Shown: in pieces, positions 25,347-38,479 of the stretch
Layout of the letters: every line of letters begins with the position of its first letter
How positions within the stretch are numbered: position 1 is the first letter of the stretch
NCBI GenBank assembly: GCA_951406725.2
Contig: OX597831.1
Coordinates: 51,522,001-51,586,000, forward strand
DNA length: 64,000 nt
Reading direction: 5' to 3'
Source: Octopus vulgaris
Lineage: Eukaryota
The notes under the pieces: model-generated
Database searches by the model: none
What the model was told of the DNA's origin: nothing
Seen by the model: only the letters and a program-made list of their open reading frames with translations
Program-made: the position numbers and the translations under genes

Positions 25347-25378
<32 letters not shown>

Positions 25379-25519
25379 CAAAAATTATAACTTCTTAAGT
25401 GATCCAGCTTCCATGAACATCTCAAATGTCACAAAGCTTCAAAAATGTCATTCACTGAAAACTATTTCAGTGTCTTCTTACGTTCAGGAACGGATGCAAT
25501 AACCCACAATTAGTTACAC

Positions 25520-25752
25520 CTACTTACATCGCAGCATTAAGCTAGATGAGACGGAGCGGAAGAGCCCTCTAAGAAGCGCCTCATATCTGGCCTTTTTCCT
25601 CTTGCGTAAGGACAAACAGTGAGCTAGCTTATCATCAGGTCCCTTCCAATTGTCCCCGGACAATCCCACTGAGTCCCAGACTCGAGGAATATTTAATCTG
25701 GTTAGGGCTCGTTTAATAATGTTGTTGTGGTGAGCAAAGCAACCGGCATACA
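25520..25752 (-). pseudogene. Remnant of a restriction-like-endonuclease non-LTR retrotransposon (CRE-like)
   Basis: Open minus frame YAGCFAHHNNIIKRALTRLNIPRVWDSVGLSGDNWKGPD...KRKKARYEAL resembles RH..LNDIIKRAL...IP...EP.GLSR.DGKRPDG...KK..KY. Confidence 0.65.
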
Positions 25753-26399
25753 GTCTAATTCCATTGTGTTAGACATGGTTTGAAACTAGATGCCATACAA
25801 AATTGTGCACCGATGAACGTTTGCAAATACGAAACTATTATTTTTATATATTTATAAACAGAATTAAATTCGACTGAAATATGGTGATAGCGGTGGTGGG
25901 GGAATAAAATGAAAGCAGAGAAGAAAAATTTTGCTTACGGTGCCTTATTTTCTTAAAAGTGTTTAACTAATGAAAGACGGAAGCAAAAATTATTGCTCTA
26001 CTGTAATGGAAATATCTGTTACACGAAGAGCATTGTTATAAGAGTGGACGGCTTATTTTGAAACGACACAATACAGGAATAAACAAACTAAACAAATCAG
26101 TGCCTTGGGGCTACACTGAGGAAAATGTTTAACATAGAAAGTATTGGAGGGAACTTAAGGCATGGAACAGTTGGAAATGGATGCAGATATATCAGAAGTC
26201 CTGGTTTTAATGTGTCCGATGATTTTGATGATAATGATTTATGTTACTTATCATCTTACGAATATATATATAAAGAGAGAGAGGCCTTGAGCCAACAGGT
26301 TTTGGCATCTGATAAGCCGTAAAGCCATGTGCATTATGGACGTGAAACCCAGGGTACTCCCATACACACACACAGAGAGTTTTACATCGAAGTTTATTT

Positions 26400-26724
26400 C
26401 CTCTTAAAATATTCTTTAAAACATTTTCCCGCGCTTTGTGTTTCGTCTGCTGTTTTGGAACGAGTTAATATTCTAAATACGAAAGGTTTCCTTTTTGTAA
26501 AATTAATAATGTGAATGATGAAATATTATACACACACACGCATAAGTCTGTGCATATATATTTTTGCGTGAAATATTCTAAGCTGAGTGAGGATGGATAG
26601 AATTTATTGTAGCGAATCGAAACTATAAATAAGCCGGAAGTTAACTTCTTCATTTTAGAGATCCAATACTTTTTGTAAAAGGTATTTCCGGTTTAGTGAT
26701 TGTATTTAATTGGCATCATCACTC
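26400..26724 (+). promoter_or_regulatory. Likely eIF2D promoter/5'UTR with ETS-like sites
   Basis: CCGGAAGT at 26634-26641 and TTTCCGG near 26685, within 100 bp of the ATG; local CpGs. Confidence 0.45.
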
Positions 26725-26780
26725 ATGTTTAAGAAGAGCTTTCGTGTTAAAACCCAATCGTCCTTAAAGGGTTCTGACAG
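26725..26780 (+). CDS. EIF2D: eIF2D coding exon 1
   Basis: ATG at 26725; MFKKSFRVKTQSSLKGSD(R); donor AG|gtatc. Confidence 0.92.
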
Positions 26781-28543
26781 GTATCAATTATTACTTTTGA
26801 TGCTTCAACATGGTTAGAATTTCCTTTGAAATAATGGAAATGTTATTTGTTAACTGTAGAAATACATCTTCGTAAATAATTCAAATTTTAAAACTGATTT
26901 AGTTTTGAGACCACGCACATAACACAGTACATTGCACTTTAATTAATAATCCCTTACAAGCCGAAGTATGTAAACTTGAAAACATATGCCCAGCACACTG
27001 CTTATTTAAATAACTCGAATAGATATAGTCAGCGGTATTACATTTACCACACCAGCTGACATTCAGCCAAACTCAGCATGGATAGTGTTTTCTTATGTTT
27101 ACTAATTGATATAAAGCCATATATTTCTCTGTGTGTGTGTGTGTGAATTTTTGTTGACTAATAAATATTTTTGATAACATTTGTATGTAGGAAATATGTA
27201 CTCTAGTTAGCTGTACAAATATACTTCAGAATTATAAAGAAGTGTCTCTTTTTATAATGTTCTAATATTTAAAATGCTACACAAAAACAATTCATTCTGT
27301 TAAGCTACAAAGAAATACGAAATTTCTTCGCTCGCAAAGCCAAACCATGGCAATAAAGAGAGTACTCCCATCATATTAACAACTTTGGACGTTTGTAACT
27401 ACCAATAAGAAAAAAAAAACTATAATTAGCTTGTTCCATATTTATGTATTAGCTCTGTCTATTACATCGTATCAGAATTTATATACAACTAGGAATCCAC
27501 TCAATAAAGAGAAAAAGAAACTACAATAAAATAAAGTGTAAAATTAAAAGGGAAATTAGTTTTCTCCTTACCTCCCTTTGATTAATATCTTCGATTTTTG
27601 CTCAAAATGTCAACCGCAATGAAGTTCATTATTTCTAGTCTATCAAAAATCACACACACACACAGATGGCTGTATGGGGAAGTGTATGAAGAATCTTAAA
27701 GCTGATATCCGTATGAAGGTCTCTAAATGCTCATAAATTCTCATTGATAAAAGTTATTAATCTGACAATTTCTATCAACTTGCCAAGTTTCTGCACCATC
27801 TTTTACAAGATATATTGAAATGTAGATTTTGTATTCAAATAATGTGGAGTCTTCGTAAAATTGCTTCTAATACGTAAACTTAATCTTTTACAGCTATGAA
27901 AGTGTGCTTCAGTATACCTTACCGTATTAAGTATGCGTGTTGGTGCTATGAAGTTTGTTTTGTAAACCACATTGCTCCAGGTTTGATAGCATAAGTATCA
28001 CGCTACTACTGTCTTGTGTTCATGTACACCATGTACGTGGAATTTAATAAAACCTGTAGTGTGTGTGTATGTGTGTAGATATAGAATAACTATATAATAT
28101 ATATCTAACAGTATAACCCTGAGAACATATTCTGGTACCATGTCACTACCGTCTTTATTTCTCTTCCCACTTGCACCCTGATTAATCCCACCTGCAATTA
28201 TACAGTGAAACATAGCTTTGTATCTCTTCTTCCAGAAAACATATTCCTGACCGTTCTTTCATACTTGAAACCTCAGCACCAAGTGTAAAGCCGCCTCCCA
28301 CTATACTATACTTCTACTCAGTCAATGGGATATTTAGTCTTGCGAGGGACATGGTGATCTCACTGGTGTTGGTACCACAAAAAAAAACAAAAAATATCCA
28401 GTACATTTTGTGAAGTGGTTGTCATTAGAAAAGGCATCCAGTTGTAAAAACTGTCATCAATGCTTCATCAGAGCATAGCACAATTCGATTTGTTATATCC
28501 TATTCAACCATTTGGGAGACAAGTGTTGGATGATGATGATGTT

Positions 28544-28575
<32 letters not shown>

Positions 28576-29684
28576 TCATTTTTCTATGCATGCATGGGTT
28601 AGACAAATATGTTATAGAGGTGTTGTTTTATAGCTAGATGCTCTTCCTGACACTAACCTTACCTGTTTTTCAAATAAGGGGCCTCTTATTCCATACAACT
28701 TAATAGGTGTCAAGCTAATGGATGATTTGTCTATAGTTCTGACAAAAGTAACACCACTTGTCTGTTGCAACTTTAGTAGAAGCAAGCACGTGAACTGGCA
28801 GACACACATATGCATGTGTGTATCCTCATCATTCAATGTTTGTCTTCTATGCTGGCATGAGTTGCAGAAGATTGCACTAAGCCTCAGTGTCTGCTTTGGC
28901 ATGCTTTCTATGGCTGGATGCCCTTCCTAATGCCAGCCACTTCACAGAATGTACTGGGTGCTTATTGCATAGCATTAGTGCTAATGAAGTTACCAAGAAT
29001 CTCACAATACAACATTCCTCTCAACCGAGGGTTATGTAGTATTGATGAAGGTGGCTTTATGCTAGATGATTGGAGGTTAGATTATGAGAGAACGACCAAA
29101 ACTAATGTCTTGCTGTAGAGGGGATACGTGGTTACCCTAGCTGGAAAGGAGTAAATGTGGTGATGAAAATGTGTCATGTAACTGGAAGGTCAATAAAAGA
29201 GAAGTGGTCTAGATTGATTGGATGGGGTGAAAAAGTTGGTAAGTTTGTGAGAGTGTTTGATGGATAAAGATGGAAGCAGAGGTGAATGGTGAACACAGGT
29301 GAAAATGTGGTCAGTGGTGAATATCAGTGTGTGTGTATATATGTATATATATATATTTTATTCTTCTACTTATTTCGACCCCAGGACTTATTCTTTTCTT
29401 AGCCTAGTACTTATTTTATCAATTTCTTTAGCCAAACTGCTAGCTTACAGGGACATAAACACACTAGCATTGGTTGTCAAGTGATGGCAGGGGGAAAAAC
29501 AGACACACACACACACATATATAGACGACAGACTTCTTTTAATTTTGTTTACCAAATACACTCAAGGCTTTGGTCGGCCTGAGGTTATAGTAGAAGACAC
29601 TTGGCCAAAGGTGCCACGCAGTGGGACGGAACTTGGAACCATTTGTTTAGGAAGCAAGCTTCTTACCACACAGCCATGCCTGCG

Positions 29685-29718
<34 letters not shown>

Positions 29719-32700
29719 TCATCATCATGAAATATACACACATATAGGATGGGCTGTTTCTGTTATTAATGCCACTCACAAGTCATTAGTCAGCCTTTAA
29801 ACCTTTACTTAAGGTCAATTTTTACACAAGTTTATATGGTTTTGTATGACCCAAGCAAACATAGAAAAGTAGATGTTAACATGTAAAAAAAGTGTGTATA
29901 AAATATAAGATGATGATGAATAAAAAATTATGTGTGTATAGTTACTTTTTCTGCAGCTAACTAACTCAGTAGGAAGATGGCATCAGTGGTACATCTACCT
30001 TACAAAATTTAATTGCACTGCATCTATGTTAATTCTCATCTTAATCAATTATTCCTACAATTCTTTTACTAGCTTTCATATCCTCTTTCAACAATTTAAT
30101 AGCTCTGTAATTTCCTCTTTCTAGTGTGTCACCTTGATTATTGACAGTATATTGAAAGAACAAGTCAAAATCTGAATTAACAGAATGAATGTTATTGTTC
30201 ACTTTCACTGTGATATTTGAGTATCAACATTGGATGGGCTAGTTGAGTGCTGCACACATACCATAGATGGTAAATTCATCATGAATATAATTAAAGATTA
30301 AAATTCGTAACTCCCTGACTTGAGAGAGTTACTGCTGGAAGACCATGTGTGTGGCAGCAGGATTCAGCTTCTTGCTATACCTCCAGAAAGAACAAGAAGT
30401 GGTTGTCAGAGAATCACTGCAACTTCACCTGCCTCAGTTTCTGACCTTCTAATTCCCCTAGTTGTAATTCCATGGATTACTATGTGTGAGGCTTGGTTGA
30501 GAAAGACTCCAACTGCTTTTCCTGCAACACCAAGGCAGGCGGCTAAGATCAAGGAGTTGTTCAAAGATCTCAGGAACACAATGAGAAATGCTTGGACCAG
30601 GTTCTGTAGCTGTCTTGAGGCCATGGTGGAAGCTGACGGTGGCTACTTTGAGTAAACTATCTCCCAGTCATAATCTAATTGATATTTAAAAAATTTTTTT
30701 AGAAATACTTTTATTTTTGGAAGGGAAGTTGTGCTTCCTTTTCCTTTTATGCAAACTGCCAGATTTAGCTTGAACGCCCTATATGTGTGTGTGTGTGTGT
30801 GTGTTACTGTTTCCTCTCCTTCATATCCCATCCAACCCATACCAGCTTTGAAAGGTGATGATGGAGAAGATGAAGATTATGTACATATATGGCTTATAAC
30901 ATTCAATCTGAAGGCGAGTGCTTGCCCAAAATCTCATACAATGGAATAGAGTACAAAACCATGCAGTTGCAAGGGAAACTTTTTCAAAACACAACTTTCC
31001 ATCCATCTATATACTTGATACATATATCTGTTTAGCACAATAATATAAAAACATTGGTGCATAAACACGAAATATGCAGTCAATATTGTTTGTGGCTGCT
31101 TTATGCTAACACCAGTTTGAAAACTGATGTTGTTATTTATGTTGTCTGTTTTTGTTTTGTAACTTAGTGGTTCAACAAACAGATTTCAATAAAATAGCAC
31201 TGAAATATATACTATACTAAATTTGTAACCTGTATATTTGTGTAAAATGACATATATTAAAAAACTGTCATTTCCTATTTCCAGAATAAGCACATTTTAA
31301 TACACAATTATATAATACTTTCTTTTTTATCTGATTTTGAATTTATGATTTTAGGAAGAAACTCAGAGCTGACTTAGTTAAAGCTTTCCCATCTTTAGAT
31401 GAAGAAGCTCTTGAAGAATTATGTCCAAGCAAAGGCGATGTTTCTGTTATGAAAATTTCTACACACACTGGGGAAATTGGCTTTGTCTATTTTTATCAGA
31501 GAGATCCTCTTGTGTTTGAACTCCATAAAACATTTTATCCAACAGGTGAGCCAGTTCTTTTGTGATTTTTGACTTTATTTGAATTAAAGTTTAAAGATTG
31601 TAGTCATTATTAAATTATATAAATTGGTTGAGCTTCTATTTTTTTTTGACTGTTCAGTATTATACTTGCAAATTTTGCAGTTTGATCGTTCAGTATATAC
31701 TAATCGCTTTTTGCTGAAATTCATCCTCACACCTTTGAACATGGCCTTAGGCCCAATTCAGATAGCTTTGTGAAGCTACTGGAGACTGGTCACTCGCTGG
31801 CTTGAGAGAGTTACTGCTGGAAGGCCATGTGTCTTGCAGCAGGATTCAGTTACATGCCATACCTCCAGAAAGAGTCAGAAGTAGTTGTCAGAGAATTTCT
31901 ACGACTTCATCAGCCCCAATTTCTGACCTCCTAATTCTCTTGATTGTAGCCCCATAGATTACTTTGTGTGAGATATGGTTGAGAACAACACCAACCACTT
32001 TTTCTGCAACGCTGTAGCTGAGCTGATGGCCAAGATCAAGGAGGTGTTGAAAGATCTTTGATGCACATAATGATGATGATAAGATTAAAAAATTAACCTT
32101 ATAAATACTATCTGGACTAGATTAAAAAAAAAAAACTTAACTATTTAGCATTTAAACCAGCCATGTCTGGTGTATATATTCTACCTGTTTTATGTTCAAA
32201 CCAACCAGATCTGGCCTTTCACACCTACCTTCTAATGTCATTCTAAAAATAATCAATCACATCATCAAAATCTACAAGCTACGAGATAATACATGACTAT
32301 AATGTGAATAAATAAGCATTACATTTGACAAGAGTAATCTGAATGCAAAAAGGTTAATCTAAAATGTGTAAGAGCTTTCTCATTTTTTAGTATGTTTTAT
32401 TTACAAAAATATTTAATGAATTAATTGTAATAAAGATTCGTTAAATGTGACTAAAGTAATACGGGGTATCAATAAAAAAAGGACAGACACACTCACTATT
32501 TGATTACAGCAGTTATAATATATGTTAGTCAAAACTAAACTGGAGAATTATTTGCAAAGAATATATACTTTCATGGATGAAGTGTTAAATGTTGTACAAC
32601 TTTTCTTTAAAATGTACAGAAACATAGGCGCAGGAGTGGCTGTGTGGTAAGTAGCTTGTCTACCAACCACATGGTTCCGGGTTCAGTCCCACTGCGTGGC

Positions 32701-35700
32701 ACCCTGAGCAAGTGTCTTCTACTATAGCCTCGGGCCGACCAAAGCCTTGTGAGTGGATTTGGTAGACGGAAACTGAAAGAAGCCCATCGTATATATGTAT
32801 ATATATATATATGCGTGTGTGTGTTTGTATGTCTGTGTTTGTCCCCTAGCATTGCTTGACAACCGATGCTGGTGTGTTTATGTCCCCGTTACTTAGCGGT
32901 TTGGCAAAAGAGACCGATAAAATAAGTACTGGGCTTACAAAAGAATAAGTCCCGGGGTCGAGTTGTCGATTAAAAGGCGGTGCTCCAGCATGGCCACAGT
33001 CAAATGACTGAAACAAGTAAAAGAGTAAAGAGTAAACATATTTTGTTGTAACATTTAAAAAAATATCTTTTACAGTTTACCTTCTATGGAAACACCCAAA
33101 ACTTCTGGAACCATTTACAACATGGCCTACAGTTTTCACAAAGATTGCAGGAGGAGCTGGTAAAATCATTTCTTTTCTATGGTTCTTTTTTGTATATATT
33201 TACATCAATTAGTTAAGTGGTTCTCAAACTTCTTTGGGTTTACCACAATTTTCATCCATTCATCCCTTTTATTTGTATACTGTTCCTGGAAAGCTTGTTG
33301 AGGTAGAGTCCTCAGATAATCTCCTCTGTAGGATCCTTTCAGAAGCAACTATCATTACACTTATCAGCTGGATTCCCAAGCATGACCAACTGAGATTATG
33401 GACATTATCCAGCTATCTCATTCATGGTCTACCCCTATATCTCCTGCTTGTTGGCTCAACTTAAAGCATCCATCTTGGCATTGGTTATTCTGCGTCTTTT
33501 GTAAGAGACACTTGTCCAAGGTACAATGGGATTGCAGTCTAAACTATGCAGTTGTTAAGTAAACTTATCTATGTTATCAGTGCCTTGTCTTAGATAAACT
33601 GATGATGCCTTTAATTTTCTTTTACCTATCAATTTCTTTCAATCTATTTAACCATATAGTCAACATAAACCAGCTTATTATAATCTGTTTATATTTCACT
33701 ATAATCTTTATATGTGTATGTGGATTTACAACACAGTTTGTAGAAAACATTAGGTATAATAAGATAGACATCATACTGCCTTTTCTTAAAGACAGAGAAA
33801 GATAATAACTACGTTAACCCTTTAGCATTTAAATTGGTCATATCTGGCCCAAATATTCTATATGTTTTATATTCAGACTGGCCATATCTAACCTCTCACA
33901 CCTAACCTACTCTGACATTCTGAAAATAACCAATCACATAATTGAAACCTCAAGAGTATAAGAGAATGCATGATTTATTCAAAACAATTTGAATATAAAA
34001 GCTTTACATTTGTCAGAGTAATTTTAATGCTAAAATGTTAACCTTTCATGTATCAGTTACGTTACTAAAGTTTTTCTTGATTAGAAAAAGAAATAAAGAA
34101 TATTCCATCTTCGTAGTTGAAATTAAAGGTTTCTGACACAACCACCACTCCTCACCATACACTGGGGTCTTATTCTGAAACTATATAGTCCTCTCCATCC
34201 AGTCCTTCATGCCATTGCTCCATCTTTGTTTTTGTTACTCGTGTGTGATAAAGATGCGGGTGTGGCTGTGTGGTTAAGAAGTTTGCTTCTCAACCACATG
34301 GTTTCGGGTTCAGTTCCATTGCATGACAACTTTGGCAAATGTCTTTTCCTGTAACTCCGGCTGACCAAAGCCTTGTGAGTGAATGTGATAGATGGTAACT
34401 GAATGAAGCTCATGATATATGAGTGTGTATGTATGTATAAAAGTATATGTCAGTGTGTGAAGGCACATAGTTCAGTAGTTAGAGCGCCAGGCTCACAATC
34501 ATGAGGTAATGATTTCAATTCCCAGACTGAACTGTGTGTTGTATCCTTGTGCAAGACACTTTATTCCACATTGCTCCAGTTCACTCAGCTGTAGAAATGA
34601 AAGGCTAGTATGCATGAGCAACTGCTTGTCTTCCATAAGCAACCTTGCCTGGACTTGTGCCTTGCAGGGTAACTTCCTAGGTGCAATGCATTGGGGTCGA
34701 TGTAGTCAATTTACAACCTTGCCCAAAATTGATGGCCTTGTGCCAAAATTTGAATTCACCACTATTATGATGATGTTTTCTGCCTATCTAACTTCCAAGG
34801 ATGCAGGTACAGAGGTTTTAGTCTCTGGTAGCATGACCAAAATATTGCAGTATTTGTTTTTTAATCATCATCATCAGCAACTCATGTTCCCATCCTCTCT
34901 AGGACAGAGCTGTTCACCCACTTTATCTACAATACTTGCCTGTAGCATGTCAGCATAAACAGCCTTAATTGCTTAGTGTCTGTCATCTTTAGGCTCCATA
35001 CTTCACACCCATACAGTGCTGCTGGCTAGAACAAGGTTTTTAAAAGTTTTAGCTTGATGCTTTTGCTGAGGGCACAGTCTCTCCATATTGTATTGAGTGA
35101 CCGCATGACTGATCTTTGTGCACCAAGTATCTCTCTGGTTCCTTGGTTGCAGTTTGCTGTTTGGTCAACAATAGAGACAAGTACATTGAACTTGTCAATC
35201 TGGGTTCTAACATGACTACTTGGAATTATATGGTAAACTACTCAATGTTAAATCGTATTGTTTATGAGTTACTAGTCTTCTATTTTAACTTACAAAAAAA
35301 AATTTAAATGTTAGTCTGAAAATTAACTTGAAAGGTAATGGATTTGTCTTTTTTATTTTTAAGATTTAATGCTTCCTGGTGTAATAATGAAAGGAGATGT
35401 GTTCCCATGGACCTTCAAACATATAAAAAAGGGAGACGTTTGTTCTGTCAATGTTCAGGGCAACCAGTAAGTATGTTCAATAACTTTGAAGGCATGTGGC
35501 TTAGTGGTTAGGGTAATCAGTTTACGTAAGGTTGTGAGTTTGATTCTTGACAGTGTGTTGTGTCCTTGAGCAAGACTCTTTACTTCATGTTACTTCAGTT
35601 CACCCAGCTGGCAAAAATGAGTTGTATCTGTAATTCAAAGGGCCAGCCTTGTCACATTCTATGTCACACTGAATCTCCCTGAGAACTGGGTTAAGGATAA

Positions 35701-36838
35701 GTGTGCTCAGCCACTTGCACGTTTACTTCATGAGCAGGCTGTTCTGTTGATCTGATCAACTGGAACCCTCGTCGTTATAACCGGTGGTGAGCCAGTTCAG
35801 TAAATTTTAAAGCTTGGATTTATGGCAAATCCTGAAACCTTACAATAAATCTAATAATAATGTTTGATTTTGTTATTGTTATTGTGCAAAGGGTTTGAAA
35901 TTACTGAGGATGAAAACTGATACAGCAAAGTAGTTTTCAGAATATTTCTACGTAACTATTTTTCAATGCTTTATTTTAAATGTTATTTATGTTTCTTAAA
36001 TTTATATATAGATTGATCATCAAATCCTTCTTTTATTTATTATGTATTCATTCATTAAAGAAATTTCCCAATTAATTTTCTAATACGTTCTGATATAAAA
36101 TTTAATCCTTTCATGTCATTGTTTTGCCGTGTTGTGTTGCCACTGATTCATAGCTTTAATTTCACAGAAGTTATATTAAATTGTGGGTTAATGCTAAGCT
36201 TCTAAGCATTTATTTTACACCATAAACTTATTCAGCAAGCAGTAACTATGGTTATGTGAAGCATTTTTTTTTATTGATTGCTGCCAACATTTCTAATTTA
36301 AAGCAAACAGGACATATCAAGATATATGAATTGTTGTTACAAGACATAACTGGAAAGTGAATAACCCCAAATTTAATCAATAAAAAAATTTTAAAACATC
36401 TTTCTATAAAAATCTAATTTCCACCCCACTGAAACACACCCAAAAATGATTTTAACTCAACAGAGACTATATAAAGGCAAGACTAACTCTAATGCATCAC
36501 AGTCTGACATTGGCTTAGCTGGCCAAAACTTCGGAGTCACTGTCAACAACATTCTTGTATAAGAACAATTAATATATATGTGTATGTGTGTTTATGTATG
36601 TATAAAATCTATATGAAATAAACTGTTATATTTATATGATATCATTTTTTTTCCTGCAGATCTCCTTTGGCTATTGGCAAAATGCTGATGTCTGGTCTTG
36701 ACATGTATGAAAGTGCTATGAAAGGGAAGGGGATGACAATTATTCATTATTATGGTGATGAACTCTGGTAAGATAGACATTAAATTTCTGTTGTCTGTTT
36801 TATTTTTATTCACTAATTATTTTTAAGAATGTATTGAA

Positions 36839-36869
<31 letters not shown>

Positions 36870-38438
36870 GGCGCAGGAGTGGCTTTGTGGTAACAAGCTT
36901 GCTTCCCAACCACATGGTTCCGAGTTCAGTCCCACTGCATGGTACTGAACCGCTAAACTATGGGGACACAAACACACCAACACTGGTTGTCAAGCAGTGG
37001 TAGGGGACAAACACACATACACACAATAAGTTTCTTTCAGTTTCTGTCTAACAAATCCTCTCGGTCGGCTCAAGGCTATAGTAAAAGGCACTCACACAAA
37101 GTGCCATGCAGTGGGGCTAAATCAAGAAGCAAACATCTTATCATGCAGTCACGCCTAGAAATATTTATTTAATAATTATTGTCCTAATTAATGATAGAGC
37201 TAATTAATGATCAATAGCTACTGTGAAACTATAGTGAATGTTTTACTAATGAATAATTGATCCTATTGATTCAGGGCTGCTGGGAGTAAATCAGAACCAC
37301 CTCTTATTCCTTCTGGTAAGTAAAGTATTTTTTATATTCTTTTCTCTTGATAGTTAACCTATACATGTTCTGCTAAATGTGTATGAGCTTGTTAATGTAA
37401 TTCTGATTATATAAACTCTTTAAACCTTTAGCATTCAAACTGACAACATCCAGCTAAAATATTTAACCTGGTCTGTGTTGTCTACAATGTCCACATCATT
37501 GAAATCTCTAAACTACAAGATAATGCATAATTAATTCAAAACAATATAGCTAAACAAACTTAATATTTGATAGAGTAATCTGAATACTAAAGCGTTAGGG
37601 GCATCCAGCCATAGCTAAAAATGAAATGTGTGAGTAAGATATGGCCTTCCAACCTGTCTAGAAAGGAATTGGTTCCAAACAAGAAGTGATTTTAACATTG
37701 ATGACTCAACCAACTCATGCTAGCATGGAAAGCAGATGTGAAAAGAAAGATGATAGTTATAAATGTAAACAGGCTGTGGTTGCTTTTGTGATACATCTTT
37801 ATATATAAAAGTGAAGTTGTGTGAGTGTCTGTCTCCTACGATTTAGATTCCTAACTACTCCCACATTTTGTGGTGCAGTTTAACCAAAACCGGGTATCTT
37901 ATAGTCGTGATTCATATCGAGCCCTTCTGGGTATTAGCGCGCGTCTACGATGAGTCTATGATTTAAAAAAAAATTTACCATCATTTTTTCCCATTTTTAA
38001 TGCATTTTTTTGCTTTTAAATAAGAGAAGTAACTCTCTAAAAATGCTTATATAGTTATTTCCCTTACAAACCTGAGCAACGCCAGGCGATACTGCTAGTT
38101 TGATATAAAGAAAAGTTATCATAATTTTTGTAGCATCTCTTTCTTTCAAATTTTAACATTTATACATATGTATGTATGTATTATGTATGCATGCGTGTTT
38201 GTGTGCATATATTCTTTTATTCTTTCACTTGTTTCAGTCATTTGACTGTGGTCATGCTTGAGCGTTGCCTCGAAGTGTTTTGGTCAAACAGATCGACACT
38301 GGGACTTATTTTTTTAAGGCCTAGTACTTATTCTATTGGTCTCTTTTGCCAAACTGCTAAGTTACGGGGATGTACACACATCAACACCAGTTATCAAGCA
38401 GTGATGAGGGGACTAACACAGACACAAAGATACAGACA

Positions 38439-38479
<41 letters not shown>

